A stretch of DNA of 62,508 nucleotides, counting the filler. It is 6 parts of 6 records of this genome, joined end to end, with 100 filler letters (N's around TTAATTAATTAA, not from the genome) between each part and the next. Parts side by side here need not be neighbours in the genome. Positions count along the whole stretch, not along the records: positions 1 to 26,814 come from SRR20825010_1890; positions 26,915 to 30,760 come from SRR20825010_1892; 4 more parts are not named here. One strand, given 5' to 3'. The notes beneath the pieces are model-generated. The model saw only the letters and a list, made by a program, of their open reading frames with translations. It was not told where the DNA came from and ran no database searches. Within the stretch, counting starts at the first letter, position 1. The number at the start of each line of letters is the position of its first letter. Positions 17,429 to 28,111 of the stretch are shown here, piece after piece. The translations under genes and the position numbers were made by a program.

Positions 17429-18994
17429 TTATGCCATTTTCCGGGCAATCCGGGTGGCCAGTGCATACACCGTAATCTGCGGGTTCACGATGATGGAGGT
17501 GGGTAACAAGCTGGCGTCTGCCACGTACAACCCGGGGACATCATGGCTCTGGCCATCGCTGCCAACCACACTGTTGCCCGGGTCTGCCCCCATCCGGCAG
17601 GTGCCCTGGGGGTGATAACTGACCATACGCAGGTGCTGTGGCAGATTTTCCAGCGTATCGACCATCCCATCGATATCCGCCTCACTACGAATCACCCGGT
17701 TATCGCTGGCCGGCACATAGACTTCTTCAGCACCCGACGCCAGATGCAAACGAGCGGCGGCTTTCAGGGCACGCTGCATGGAGGGAAAATCCATGTCGCT
17801 GAGCTGATAGTTGATCTTCTTGCGCTCACCGTCCCATTCAATGGTGCCCACATTGTGATCATGGATCAGCGTGACCAGGCCCCCCAGATACTTGGCATTG
17901 GCCATGTAATCCATGAACGGTTCGCCGGTTCCCGGCTCCGCCGCCATGGTCAGCTCCACCAAGCCGGCCCCGCCGTCCTCCAGCACAAAGCCTCCCTTAT
18001 CCGGGTGCATGAACTCGTCCACGTACACACCGAGCATGGCGCCACGCCAGGGATAAACCGGCTCTGGGTAGCGGGCAGGAACATATAACGACGGGTGACA
18101 GGCGAAGTTCTTTCCCACCTGCCCGGACCGGTTCCCCAGCCCGCTTTTCAACAGCAGCAGCGGGGTCTGCACCGCCCCTGCCGCGATAATGACTCGGGGT
18201 GCCGTTACCGTCATGCTCGCTGCAACAGAACCATCACGGTGCGTGACCGTCGCCTCCACACCACTGGCCTTACCGTTTTCGGTGAGAATGTTGTCCACGC
18301 GGGTATCCGCATAAATCTGCGCCCCGTGAGCCGCAGCCCAGGGTAAATAGGTCACCAGCATGGATTGTTTGCGCTCGGTCTTGCAGCCAGACAGGCAGTG
18401 CCCGGTGAGGCCACACTGGCGGATATTGCGCTGCAGCGGTTTCACCGACCAGCCCAGGCGGTTGGCGCCCGCGCGGATCAAACGACCGTGGCGGGGAATT
18501 TCATGCTCGCCGTTTTCATGAACAGCCAGATTTTTTTCCACTTCATCAAAGTATGGCGTCAGCTCTGCGGTGGTCAGCTCATCAAGACCAAAATCCCGCT
18601 GCCAGTCCTGCAGGATGAAATCCGGCGTACGGAAACACACGCAGCCATTAACCACCGTTGAGCCGCCCACACAGGCGCCCTGCAACACCAGCAAATCGCC
18701 GCTGCTGTTAGTCTGGCCACCATGGTCCTGGTACAGGGTATCCAGGCTGTCAGTGAAGCGTTCGGTGAAATCCTTTGACGGAACATAGGCGCCAGCTTCC
18801 AGAACCACGACCTTGAAGCCGCGCCGTGCCAGCTCATAGGCACTGACCGCGCCCCCTGCCCCGGAGCCCACGATCACCACATCGGCCTGAATGTCTATAC
18901 GTTCGCCAACCACATCACTGGCCCGATGCACCGCGAGCCCTGTCGCCTGCCACCCGGCCGGATTCGCCGTTTTTGTCACTATTGTTTCACTCAT
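17429..18994 (-). CDS. GMC oxidoreductase (GMC-B), long-chain-alcohol-oxidase-like
   Basis: GSGAGG, GGSTVVNGCV, CGLTGHCLSGC, GKNFACHP, SYHPQGTCRMG (catalytic His), VNPQIT (catalytic Asn). Confidence 0.9.
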   Translation of the reverse strand: MSETIVTKTANPAGWQATGLAVHRASDVVGERIDIQADVVIVGSGAGGAVSAYELARRGFKVVVLEAGAYVPSKDFTERFTDSLDTLYQDHGGQTNSSGDLLVLQGACVGGSTVVNGCVCFRTPDFILQDWQRDFGLDELTTAELTPYFDEVEKNLAVHENGEHEIPRHGRLIRAGANRLGWSVKPLQRNIRQCGLTGHCLSGCKTERKQSMLVTYLPWAAAHGAQIYADTRVDNILTENGKASGVEATVTHRDGSVAASMTVTAPRVIIAAGAVQTPLLLLKSGLGNRSGQVGKNFACHPSLYVPARYPEPVYPWRGAMLGVYVDEFMHPDKGGFVLEDGGAGLVELTMAAEPGTGEPFMDYMANAKYLGGLVTLIHDHNVGTIEWDGERKKINYQLSDMDFPSMQRALKAAARLHLASGAEEVYVPASDNRVIRSEADIDGMVDTLENLPQHLRMVSYHPQGTCRMGADPGNSVVGSDGQSHDVPGLYVADASLLPTSIIVNPQITVYALATRIARKMA

Positions 18995-19632
18995 GCCTGC
19001 TCCTCCGGCTGGTTGGCACGCAACGCATCATCCGCCGGCAACGGCGCATTACCGAGATAGGCAAGCCTCCACTTGTCGCTCACCGGGCCATCGAAATCCG
19101 TCGGCTCCCAGGTCGCTGGCTCCTGCCAATAGGCACTGTAGGTCAGTTGCTTGATCACCGTGGCCAGCGTGCGCTGAATCACGCTGGCGCGTCCCCAGCT
19201 ATCAAAGTAGGCGCGTGCATCCACATCGGATAAATCCACAAAACGGCGCCCGTGACTGAGCACCGCCGCGTTGTCGAACAAGCCCAGCCCCGTGCCCATT
19301 TCCTTGCGCGTGGCCGGGTCCAGGTTGTTCAGCAGTGCCTGAACATTACGCACCACCGGCACCTGGTCACTGGGGGTCAGCGCAGTCCCCTCCACCGGTA
19401 ACAGTACCTGGCGGGCACGATCAAAAAGATGGTATTCCCCGGCAGACAGTCCCGTGGCCCACTCAGGTGCGGGCTGGTTATCCAACGGAGAGCGACGCAG
19501 GAAGGCAAAACCGCCGGCAGCCACGGCAGCGATGCCGGCGGAACCCAGCAGGCCCCATTTCAGAAAGCGCCGACGGGCCATGCCCTGCTGCCAGATTGCC
19601 GCCACATTGGGGGCGGAACGAGGGCTTTTCAT
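18991..19632 (-). CDS. Tat-exported small subunit, paralogue of 16627-17223
   Basis: ARRRFLK motif with hydrophobic segment; YWQEPATW…FDGPV…LGNAPLP; ATGA overlap with GMC-B. Confidence 0.8.
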   Translation of the reverse strand: MKSPRSAPNVAAIWQQGMARRRFLKWGLLGSAGIAAVAAGGFAFLRRSPLDNQPAPEWATGLSAGEYHLFDRARQVLLPVEGTALTPSDQVPVVRNVQALLNNLDPATRKEMGTGLGLFDNAAVLSHGRRFVDLSDVDARAYFDSWGRASVIQRTLATVIKQLTYSAYWQEPATWEPTDFDGPVSDKWRLAYLGNAPLPADDALRANQPEEQA

Positions 19633-19764
19633 GGTCTGTCCTCAACACAAACAAGTCAGTGATGAAGCTACTGAAAAGCCCCTATGAAAACAATGTGTTT
19701 ACCTGCACAGCCCGGTTTGACCGCACAGTACAGCCCAGCATTGGCGCGGGCTTGGGAGGAAGCG

Positions 19765-20679
19765 TCAGGCTGGAGGTCGATCGTCGAGAGTCACTTTTGG
19801 CCCAACGGCCACCGGGTCCTGGTGGATAATTACGTCGGCCATCGGAAACGCCTGCTGGATACGCGTTTCAATCCGGCTGGCCAGATCATGGGCCTGCAAC
19901 AATGTCAGGTTCTGATCCATGTCCACGTGTAGCTGAATAAACTGGGTGCGCCCGGATTGACGCGTGCGCAAATCATGAAAGCCCAGTGCTTGTGGATGAT
20001 CTGCCACAATGGCGGTGATGACTTCCCGCACCTCTCCAGGAATTTCCCGGTCCAGCAAGAGCTGCGCAGATTCATAAGCGATGTGCCAGGCACTGAACAG
20101 AATAAAGACCGCAATTACCAGGCCCACCACACCGTCCAGCCACAAATAGCCAAACTGGCTGAGCACCAACACGACGATAATGCCCACATTCACCGCCAGG
20201 TCCGACAGGTAGTGCAGCGAATCCGCCTCAATGGCAGTGGAACCGGTTTCCCGGACCACATATTTCTGGATCAACAACAAGCCGAATGTCAGCACGATGG
20301 AAAACACCATCACCGCCACACCGGCACCGTTTTCACTGATCGGCTGCGGATCCATCAGCTTCATCACCGACTGGTGAATCAGGAATACCGACGAACCGGC
20401 AATGAACACTGCCTGCCCCAGCCCGGCTAACGCCTCGGCCTTGCCATGCCCAAAGCGATGCTCTTCATCCGGGGGCACCAGGGAATAACGGATGGCGAAG
20501 AAGTTGATCAACGAGGCAATGGAATCCATCACCGAATCCACCAGTGACGCCAGCAGGCTAACAGACCCCGTCATCAACCAGGCTATGGCTTTTGCCGCAA
20601 TCAGAATCAGTGCCGTCAGGACGGATGCCAACCCTGCCATCAGCAGCAGACGATGTTCACGGCGATCATCACGACGCAT
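19765..20679 (-). CDS. fieF: Cation diffusion facilitator (FieF-like)
   Basis: SLLASLVDSVMD, HRFGHGKAEALA, ADSLHYLSD, HDLRTRQSG, DVIIHQDP. Confidence 0.88.
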   Translation of the reverse strand: MRRDDRREHRLLLMAGLASVLTALILIAAKAIAWLMTGSVSLLASLVDSVMDSIASLINFFAIRYSLVPPDEEHRFGHGKAEALAGLGQAVFIAGSSVFLIHQSVMKLMDPQPISENGAGVAVMVFSIVLTFGLLLIQKYVVRETGSTAIEADSLHYLSDLAVNVGIIVVLVLSQFGYLWLDGVVGLVIAVFILFSAWHIAYESAQLLLDREIPGEVREVITAIVADHPQALGFHDLRTRQSGRTQFIQLHVDMDQNLTLLQAHDLASRIETRIQQAFPMADVIIHQDPVAVGPKVTLDDRPPA

Positions 20680-20725
20680 AAAGGTATTCCGTTCCAATCG
20701 GTTGAAGAAACGCGGAGCCGGGGAA

Positions 20726-21493
20726 TCAGCGCTTGGGCAAATAGCCCATGGGGTCGACGGGTTTACCGTCTTTGCGGATTTCAAAATGCAGCTGCGTACG
20801 GAAAGTCCCACTGGCGCCCATGGTGGCAACCTGCTGCCCCCCTTTCACTGCATCCCCTTCCTTGACCATCATCTTATCATTATGGGCATAGGCGCTTAAC
20901 CAGCGTTCGCTGTGCTTGATAATCAGCAGATTACCGTAGCCTGTCAGGCCACTACCCCGGTAAACCACACGGCCCGGAGCCGCGGCCACTACCGGGCTGT
21001 TGCGACGCCCGGAAATGGCAATGCCCTTGCGCCCCTGGCTGGCGTTGGAAAACGATTCCACCACTTGGCCGCTGGCAGGCCAGCGCCATTCCACCGGGCC
21101 TACCGGCACTGCCGGCTTCGTGGCGGGTTTGGCAGCGGGTTTTGGCTTGGAAGCAGGTTTTGATACTGCCGGCTTGCTGGCCGGTTTGGAAGAAGAGGCC
21201 GCCGGTTTGCTCGCAACTACCGGGCTGGAGCTCTTGATGCCCAGTGAAATACGTTGGCCGGGATAAATGGTGTACGGTGCCGGAATATTGTTGGCCCGGG
21301 CCAACGCCCGAAAATCCCAACCATAGCGCCAGGCAATGGAGTACAGGGTCTCCCCTTCCCGCACATGGTGAGTACCGGACGTGACCTTGCGTGGCTTGGG
21401 TTCCTGGCCATAAATATCCACCACCGGCGCAAAATTGCCGGCACTGCAGCCACTGACCAAAATCCAGACCATGAACGCTGCCAGTGCGCGCAT
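20726..21493 (-). CDS. nlpD: LysM and M23 lipoprotein NlpD
   Basis: Lipobox VSGC, LysM (GETLYSIAWRYG), SKPA linker, WRWPA, YGNLLIIKH…SAYAHN, LHFEIR. Confidence 0.9.
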   Translation of the reverse strand: MRALAAFMVWILVSGCSAGNFAPVVDIYGQEPKPRKVTSGTHHVREGETLYSIAWRYGWDFRALARANNIPAPYTIYPGQRISLGIKSSSPVVASKPAASSSKPASKPAVSKPASKPKPAAKPATKPAVPVGPVEWRWPASGQVVESFSNASQGRKGIAISGRRNSPVVAAAPGRVVYRGSGLTGYGNLLIIKHSERWLSAYAHNDKMMVKEGDAVKGGQQVATMGASGTFRTQLHFEIRKDGKPVDPMGYLPKR

Positions 21494-21609
21494 CAGTGAC
21501 TGTCGGTGCCTGTGTGAAGATTAACTGCCATCAACCACCCCGTTGCCAGGAAACCTGAATTCAAATTGCACAAACCTAATCTGTCCGGTTGGCCTCACGG
21601 AGCCAGCGT

Positions 21610-22524
21610 TCAGCCTTGCGGTGCCTGCGCAACATTATGCACTGGTGCAACCCGGTAAAGTAACCACACCAGCCCGGCAGCAATGACCACCATGGCCAAA
21701 GCCAACGGCAGCTGTGCGGATTGATCCGTGACCGCAGCATACTGTGACGGCCATAACCAGGTGTCACCAATTCCTTGCTCACCGCTCAACCGCCACGGCC
21801 ATAGTTTCAGTAACGAACCGGCCATAAAGCCGGCAAGCAACGCCATGACCGTGTCATGGAAACGGTGCAACGTCCACTTGAGCACATGCACAAAGCTCAG
21901 CAGCCCCACTGCACATCCAGACAGAAACGCCAGCAGCAAACCAAACTCAGCCTGCTTCACAGCTTCCAGCACAGGCTGATACATGCCCAGTAAAAGAAGG
22001 ATAAAACTGCCAGAAATGCCCGGCAGGATCATGGCGCAGATAGCCAGCATGCCACTGAAGAAAAACACCAGGGCACCGCTGCCCGCTGCCGACAGTGCCG
22101 GGGCCAGGCCAATGGCCACTGCTACACCAGTGCCAACCAGAAAGGCCCCTATCTGCACCGGACCACGCTGTTGCAAGGGTTTCAACACCAGAAGAATGCT
22201 GGCAAGAATCAGGCCACTAAAAAACGCCCATACCGGTACTGGATGAGTATCCAGTAACCAGGTAATTAACCGGGCCAGCACCGCAATGCTGGTGAAGATA
22301 CCGGCCAGCAACGTGAACAAAAAGGTGAGGTTAGCTTGCTGCCAGGCGGCCACGAATCCCTGCTGGCGCCACACGATCAGCAAGCGCGGGGTGATGCCGC
22401 CCAGGGTATTGATCAGTTCTTCATAGATGCCCGTGATCAGGGCAAGGGTGCCACCAGAAACGCCTGGCACTACATCGGCAGCGCCCATGGCCATGCCGCG
22501 AAAAAAAATACCGGGTCGAATCAT
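21610..22524 (-). CDS. DUF368 membrane protein (undecaprenyl-phosphate translocase family)
   Basis: Paired motifs GAADVVPGVSGGTLA and AMILPGISGSFILL; LWPW. Confidence 0.9.
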   Translation of the reverse strand: MIRPGIFFRGMAMGAADVVPGVSGGTLALITGIYEELINTLGGITPRLLIVWRQQGFVAAWQQANLTFLFTLLAGIFTSIAVLARLITWLLDTHPVPVWAFFSGLILASILLVLKPLQQRGPVQIGAFLVGTGVAVAIGLAPALSAAGSGALVFFFSGMLAICAMILPGISGSFILLLLGMYQPVLEAVKQAEFGLLLAFLSGCAVGLLSFVHVLKWTLHRFHDTVMALLAGFMAGSLLKLWPWRLSGEQGIGDTWLWPSQYAAVTDQSAQLPLALAMVVIAAGLVWLLYRVAPVHNVAQAPQG

Positions 22525-22676
22525 GTTTGCGCCTCACGCATCACGCTGCACGCAACAACGTGGATTGGGGTTATTTGTCTCGAACACCAGGAGTCGCGTT
22601 GCAGGCGACTGTGCGCGGCAAGCAGGGATTTATACGTTAGTCCCCGCCTCTGATCGCGCCTTGAAACTCTCAACTT

Positions 22677-23339
22677 CTACCGCATCACCCCACGCTGGAA
22701 TGGCACGAAGCGTACCGGGTCCAGCGTCTGGGTATGAAATTGATCACCCTCGCGATCAACCACGGTGAGAATCTGCTGGCGATCTCCGCCAACGGGCATC
22801 ACCAGGCGACCGCCGTCAGCCAGTTGAGACAACAGATCGTCAGGAATATCCGCACGGGCACACGCGGCGAGAATGCCATCGAACGGCGCCTCAACTTTCC
22901 AGCCAAAGCCGCCATCCGCATGCTTGAGCTGCACCTTGGCCAGCCCCAGTTGCAACAGACGTTTACGGGCTTGGTCCTGCAGGGGGCGGATCCGCTCCAC
23001 CGAATACAGCTCATCACAAAACGGTGCCAGCACCGAGGTTTGATAACCGCAACCGGTGCCGATTTCCAGCACCTTGCGGGGCTTCCCGTTGGCGATCAGC
23101 AGCTCAGTCATGCGAGCGACTACCCAGGGCTGGGAAATGGTTTGCCCATGACCAATCGGCAAGGCGGTATCGTCATAGGCCTGATGCGCCAGAGCTTCTT
23201 CAATAAACAGGTGTCGTGGTGTATTGCGAATGGCGTCCAGTACACGCTCGTCCTGAATGCCGGCATCACGCAGCCGCTGGACCAACCGATCCCGGGTCCG
23301 CGCAGACGTCATACCGATGCCGTTGAGTTGGATATCCAT
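22677..23339 (-). CDS. pcm: Protein-L-isoaspartate O-methyltransferase
   Basis: GIGMTSARTRDRL, PRHLF, GQTISQP, VLEIGTGCGYQT, VRFVPF. Confidence 0.95.
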   Translation of the reverse strand: MDIQLNGIGMTSARTRDRLVQRLRDAGIQDERVLDAIRNTPRHLFIEEALAHQAYDDTALPIGHGQTISQPWVVARMTELLIANGKPRKVLEIGTGCGYQTSVLAPFCDELYSVERIRPLQDQARKRLLQLGLAKVQLKHADGGFGWKVEAPFDGILAACARADIPDDLLSQLADGGRLVMPVGGDRQQILTVVDREGDQFHTQTLDPVRFVPFQRGVMR

Positions 23340-23364
23340 CTGTGTTCGTTTGCCTCAATGCGAG

Positions 23365-24420
23365 TCAATCAGCCGGTGAACTGATCAGCTCTGCCATTAC
23401 TGTCGTGGCAAAAGCGCCTGTGGGCAGCGTAAACGCCAGCTCCAGGCAGTCTTCCCCTTCCCGTTCCGGATCTGTATGCCAGACCCATTGCAAGTCCCGT
23501 ACCGGCAGACGTGTGGCGCGGCGGGCTTCTTCTACCTTGATCTGGCGCAGCCCCTCAATTACTGGAGCATGGGGCGCCAGTATCTGCTGCTCCAGCGTAT
23601 TACAGGGGCCAGATGATGCCATGCCGGCCAGGCCCGGCAAAGGGGCGGTGGGGTGCACCTCTCCGCTCGCGACCCGCTCCACTGCGTCGGGTTCATCATC
23701 GGCCAAGAATAATCCGCGACTGCCTTCAGGCTGCAAAATATCGCCGGCCAGCACCGTGTTCCAGCAACCTCGACGCACTCGCTCTGCCAATACCTGATTG
23801 AACAAATTGCTACGCACGGCGGACAACCACATGCCCCGCAGGGCTTTCTTGCGCGGCGCTTCGCCGCCCAATAACCATTCGGTCCCCCGCACCAGATTGC
23901 CAGCCCCTCGGCCAAAACGCTGCTCACCAAAATAATTCGGCACCCCGTGCATCATGATGGTGTGCAACTGGCTTTCCAGCGCGTCACGGTCCCCCTGGAA
24001 ACCGGTAACACGCAACCGAAAGTCATTGGCGCGGTGGGTGCCACGGTTGAGTTTGCGGCGGTGCCGACCGGCTTGCAGCACCGTCAGCCCTTCGGGCCAG
24101 TCGAATTCGGGATCATCCTTGCCCGGCAAATGCAGGCTGAACCATTGCCGGGTCACCGCGTGTTTGTCTTTCAGGCCGCTGTAGCCCACTGACAAGCGGT
24201 GAACACGGGCCTGTTTGGCCAGCAGCATGGCCACGTCTTCAGTATTCCAACCGATTTTCTCAATTTCCAGCCAGAGGTGCTCGCCCTGCCCTTCCGGCGT
24301 CACGTGCATTTGTTCTGCAACGTAAAAATCGTCGGGTCGGGCCTTCAATACCCCCTGACACACCGGACCACCGTGGGCGCATGGCAAGCCTTTCTCGGTC
24401 ATTTCGGCCGGGAAACTCAC
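23365..24420 (-). CDS. truD: tRNA pseudouridine(13) synthase
   Basis: [44 protein letters not shown]. Confidence 0.95.
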   Translation of the reverse strand: MSFPAEMTEKGLPCAHGGPVCQGVLKARPDDFYVAEQMHVTPEGQGEHLWLEIEKIGWNTEDVAMLLAKQARVHRLSVGYSGLKDKHAVTRQWFSLHLPGKDDPEFDWPEGLTVLQAGRHRRKLNRGTHRANDFRLRVTGFQGDRDALESQLHTIMMHGVPNYFGEQRFGRGAGNLVRGTEWLLGGEAPRKKALRGMWLSAVRSNLFNQVLAERVRRGCWNTVLAGDILQPEGSRGLFLADDEPDAVERVASGEVHPTAPLPGLAGMASSGPCNTLEQQILAPHAPVIEGLRQIKVEEARRATRLPVRDLQWVWHTDPEREGEDCLELAFTLPTGAFATTVMAELISSPAD

Positions 24421-24899
24421 TGGCTCTCCAGCAGCACCACGGCTTGCACCGCTATGCCTTCCTTGCGACCGGTAAAGCCCAGTTTTTCCGTGGTCGTCGC
24501 CTTGACCGACACCTGCCCCGGATCACACTGCAGCAATTCGGCGATGCGCTCACGCATAGCGGCAATGTGCGGCGCCAGCTTGGGCGCCTGGCAGATCACC
24601 GTGAGGTCTGCATTACCCAGCCGCCATCCAGCGTCCAGAATGGATGAATAGATGGCGGTCAGCAGCTGACCGGAATCCGCCCCTTGCCATTGCGGGTCGG
24701 TATCCGGGAAATAGTGCCCGATATCCCCCAGCGCCAGAGCACCGAGCAAGGCATCGGATAATGCATGCAACGCCACATCGCCATCGGAATGTGCCTTGAG
24801 CCCGTGGCTGTGAGGAATGACAACGCCCCCCAGCATGACATGGTCGCCTTCATCGAAAGCATGGACATCAAACCCCTGACCAATACGCACGCTCACCAC
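24417..24899 (-). CDS. ispF: 2-C-methyl-D-erythritol 2,4-cyclodiphosphate synthase
   Basis: [42 protein letters not shown]. Confidence 0.97.
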   Translation of the reverse strand: MVSVRIGQGFDVHAFDEGDHVMLGGVVIPHSHGLKAHSDGDVALHALSDALLGALALGDIGHYFPDTDPQWQGADSGQLLTAIYSSILDAGWRLGNADLTVICQAPKLAPHIAAMRERIAELLQCDPGQVSVKATTTEKLGFTGRKEGIAVQAVVLLESQ

Positions 24900-25615
24900 T
24901 GCTCTCCTTCACTGCTGTCATCCCCTTGCTGCCGGCTCAGATAAAACCGGGCCAGCGGCAGGTCGTCGGGTACCGTTATCTTGATATTGTCACTGTGCCC
25001 TGCCACCAGACCTGGCTGCCAACCATCACGCTCCATGGCAGAGGCTTCATCAGTAATGTTGGCAAGATCGCCGTTGAGAGCGGCCAACAAAGCTTTCGCC
25101 GGAAAAAGCTGAGGGGTCAGGGCCCGCCAGATGCACGTGCGATCCAGGGTGGCCGCAATATGCTGTTCGCCAGCGGCCTGCTTGATGGTATCCACCACCG
25201 GCAAGGCAAGAATGGCACCCTGGGGGCCGGTCTGATCCAGCAGGGTTTGAATATCCGAGAGCCGGATCAGTGGACGCGCCATATCGTGCACCAGCGCCCA
25301 GGCGTCGGCACCGCCCTCATCCAGCACCGCCGCAACCCCGTTGCGTACCGAGTCAGCCCGGGTGTCCCCACCGGCCACTGTCTGGACACGAGGGTGGCGG
25401 GATACCGCTAGCGTGGGCCACCAGGGATCGTCAGCGGACACCGCCACCACCACTTTGTGGATCGGGGCGAACGATAACAATCGATTCAGGGTATGTTCGG
25501 CCAGGGTTTGACCGGCAAGGGAGAGATATTGTTTGGGAAAACCCGCGCCCATTCTGCTCCCCACTCCAGCAGCAGGAACAACGGCATACAGCGGGCCGCA
25601 AATCACAGGGTTCAC
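24893..25615 (-). CDS. ispD: 2-C-methyl-D-erythritol 4-phosphate cytidylyltransferase
   Basis: [10 protein letters not shown]…[30 protein letters not shown]. Confidence 0.95.
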   Translation of the reverse strand: MNPVICGPLYAVVPAAGVGSRMGAGFPKQYLSLAGQTLAEHTLNRLLSFAPIHKVVVAVSADDPWWPTLAVSRHPRVQTVAGGDTRADSVRNGVAAVLDEGGADAWALVHDMARPLIRLSDIQTLLDQTGPQGAILALPVVDTIKQAAGEQHIAATLDRTCIWRALTPQLFPAKALLAALNGDLANITDEASAMERDGWQPGLVAGHSDNIKITVPDDLPLARFYLSRQQGDDSSEGEQW

Positions 25616-25974
25616 TCGGTGCCCCGGGGCTGTTCAAGAATCAGGAAAAAGGTTTCTCCGTTACGAACCATGCCCAGGTCCTTGCGCGCGATTTCTTCCA
25701 CGGCTTCCGTGCCCTGCTTCAGGTCCTTCACATCCGCGGCCATCAGTCGATTACGTTCTGCCAATTTGGCATTGCTTTCCTTCAACACGGCCACGTCCTT
25801 TTTCAGCGCGGCCACATGCCGGAGGCTGCCTTCACCAAACCACAAACGGACCTGCAGGCCCAGAAACAGCAACGCCAGCAACGCCAGAGCGATCTGTCGG
25901 GCGGGTGACAGCGTCATCCGCTCGGCATTGCCCTTGCTGTTGCCGGCGCTGGGTTTTGCCTTGGGGGCTGGCAT
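25612..25974 (-). CDS. ftsB: Cell division protein FtsB (start may be 25917)
   Basis: TM then LQVRLWFGEGS, coiled coil, EEIARKDLGMVRNGETFF; between eno and ispD. Confidence 0.9.
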   Translation of the reverse strand: MPAPKAKPSAGNSKGNAERMTLSPARQIALALLALLFLGLQVRLWFGEGSLRHVAALKKDVAVLKESNAKLAERNRLMAADVKDLKQGTEAVEEIARKDLGMVRNGETFFLILEQPRGTE

Positions 25975-25977
25975 CGC

Positions 25978-26814
<837 letters not shown>

Positions 26815-26914
26815 NNNNNNNNNNNNNNNNNNNNNNNNNNNNNNNNNNNNNNNNNNNNTTAATTAATTAANNNNNNNNNNNNNNNNNNNNNNNNNNNNNN
26901 NNNNNNNNNNNNNN
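26815..26914. other. Artificial contig spacer
   Basis: N44-TTAATTAATTAA-N44, stops in all six frames. Confidence 0.97.
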
Positions 26915-27074
26915 CATGGTCTATAAGGGCCGCAACCGCGACACTGCATGGTTTTCGATCACCGATCTTGAATGGCCAGCGGTAAGGGCCGCGTTCGAAG
27001 CATGGCTTGCCCCTGGCAACTTTGATGAAACCGGCAAACAACGCAATAGTCTGCAAAGCTTCCGCAAGGTATAA
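26915..27074 (+). CDS. C-terminal fragment of a GNAT (RimJ/RimL-type) acetyltransferase
   Basis: Hand translation from 26916: MVYKGRNRDTAWFSITDLEWPAVRAAFEAWLAPGNFDETGKQRNSL…. Confidence 0.75.
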
Positions 27075-27136
27075 TCACACGCAGGGAACACAAGCAACGC
27101 GCGCATTCATGATCGCGCATAGCGGGAGGTTATGCC

Positions 27137-28078
27137 ATGCCGTCCTTTTCCGTTTGCCTGCAAAAAAGCCTGAAATACCTGATAACAAGCATCTTTCTGG
27201 TCGGCGCGGCACAAATTGCACGCGCCGATATTACCCTGCCGATGCCCGCCCCGGACCAGATCAATCGGATCGAGCTTGACGGTTACGAGCAGCTTGAAGA
27301 GCTTTACGAAAGCCTCAATTACACCCAGCAAAGCTGGCAGGAAGGCAAACGCGAAGTTCCGCGCCTGTTCCTGCAAACCATCCCCGAAAGATGGCGAAGT
27401 GAAATCAGCGATCAGGTCACCGTCGCCACCAAAAAACGGATTTTCTTCCGCACATTGGGGCCGCTTGCCCTGCTCGCGAACGAGGAAATCGAATTTCAGC
27501 GCGTCGCACTGGAAAAGGCCATTGCCGATGGTGACAATACCGTAATTACGGAACTTGCCACCCAGTACAGGGTCGATGGCGCCCCGGGTGACAGCACAAC
27601 CATCGCCGAACTGCGTGAACGGATCAATCCGGTGCCGCCGTCACTTGTTCTGGCGCAGATGGCAATCGAAAGTGGCTGGGCCACGTCGCGCTTTGCCGCC
27701 CTTGGCAATGCCCTGTTTGGGCAATGGACCTATGATGGCGAGGGCATCACCCCCGAACAGCAACGCACACATCTGGGCGATTATAAAATCGCCTCCTTCC
27801 GAACCCCGTTCGGATCGGTGCGCGCCTATCTGCTGAACCTCAACACCCATAATGCCTATGCCGATCTACGTGACATGCGCGCAAGCGACATCGCGGCGGA
27901 TCGACAGTCAACCGGTATGGAACTGGCCGAAGCCCTGATCCGCTATTCCGAACGCGGGGAAGAATATGTCAAGGAAGTCCAAGCCGTCATCCGGCAGAAC
28001 AGCTTGCAGGAAGTCGACAATGCCGTCCTTGAAGGACAATATTATCACCTGATCCCGATCGGTGCGACGGCACAATAG
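27137..28078 (+). CDS. Exported Bax-like glucosaminidase-domain protein
   Basis: Signal peptide; VPPSLVLAQMAIESGWATSRFA, GNALFGQW, YLLNLNTHNAY, YSERGEEYV. Confidence 0.85.
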   Translation: MPSFSVCLQKSLKYLITSIFLVGAAQIARADITLPMPAPDQINRIELDGYEQLEELYESLNYTQQSWQEGKREVPRLFLQTIPERWRSEISDQVTVATKKRIFFRTLGPLALLANEEIEFQRVALEKAIADGDNTVITELATQYRVDGAPGDSTTIAELRERINPVPPSLVLAQMAIESGWATSRFAALGNALFGQWTYDGEGITPEQQRTHLGDYKIASFRTPFGSVRAYLLNLNTHNAYADLRDMRASDIAADRQSTGMELAEALIRYSERGEEYVKEVQAVIRQNSLQEVDNAVLEGQYYHLIPIGATAQ

Positions 28079-28111
28079 GTTCGCATTCAAAAGCCGACAG
28101 CCGGTGCCGGG

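Noticed and set aside
26859-26870. Repeated TTAATTAATTAA palindrome as a biological repeat
   Set aside because: It occurs identically five times inside N runs; it is an assembly linker. ORFs that run through the Ns are artefacts.
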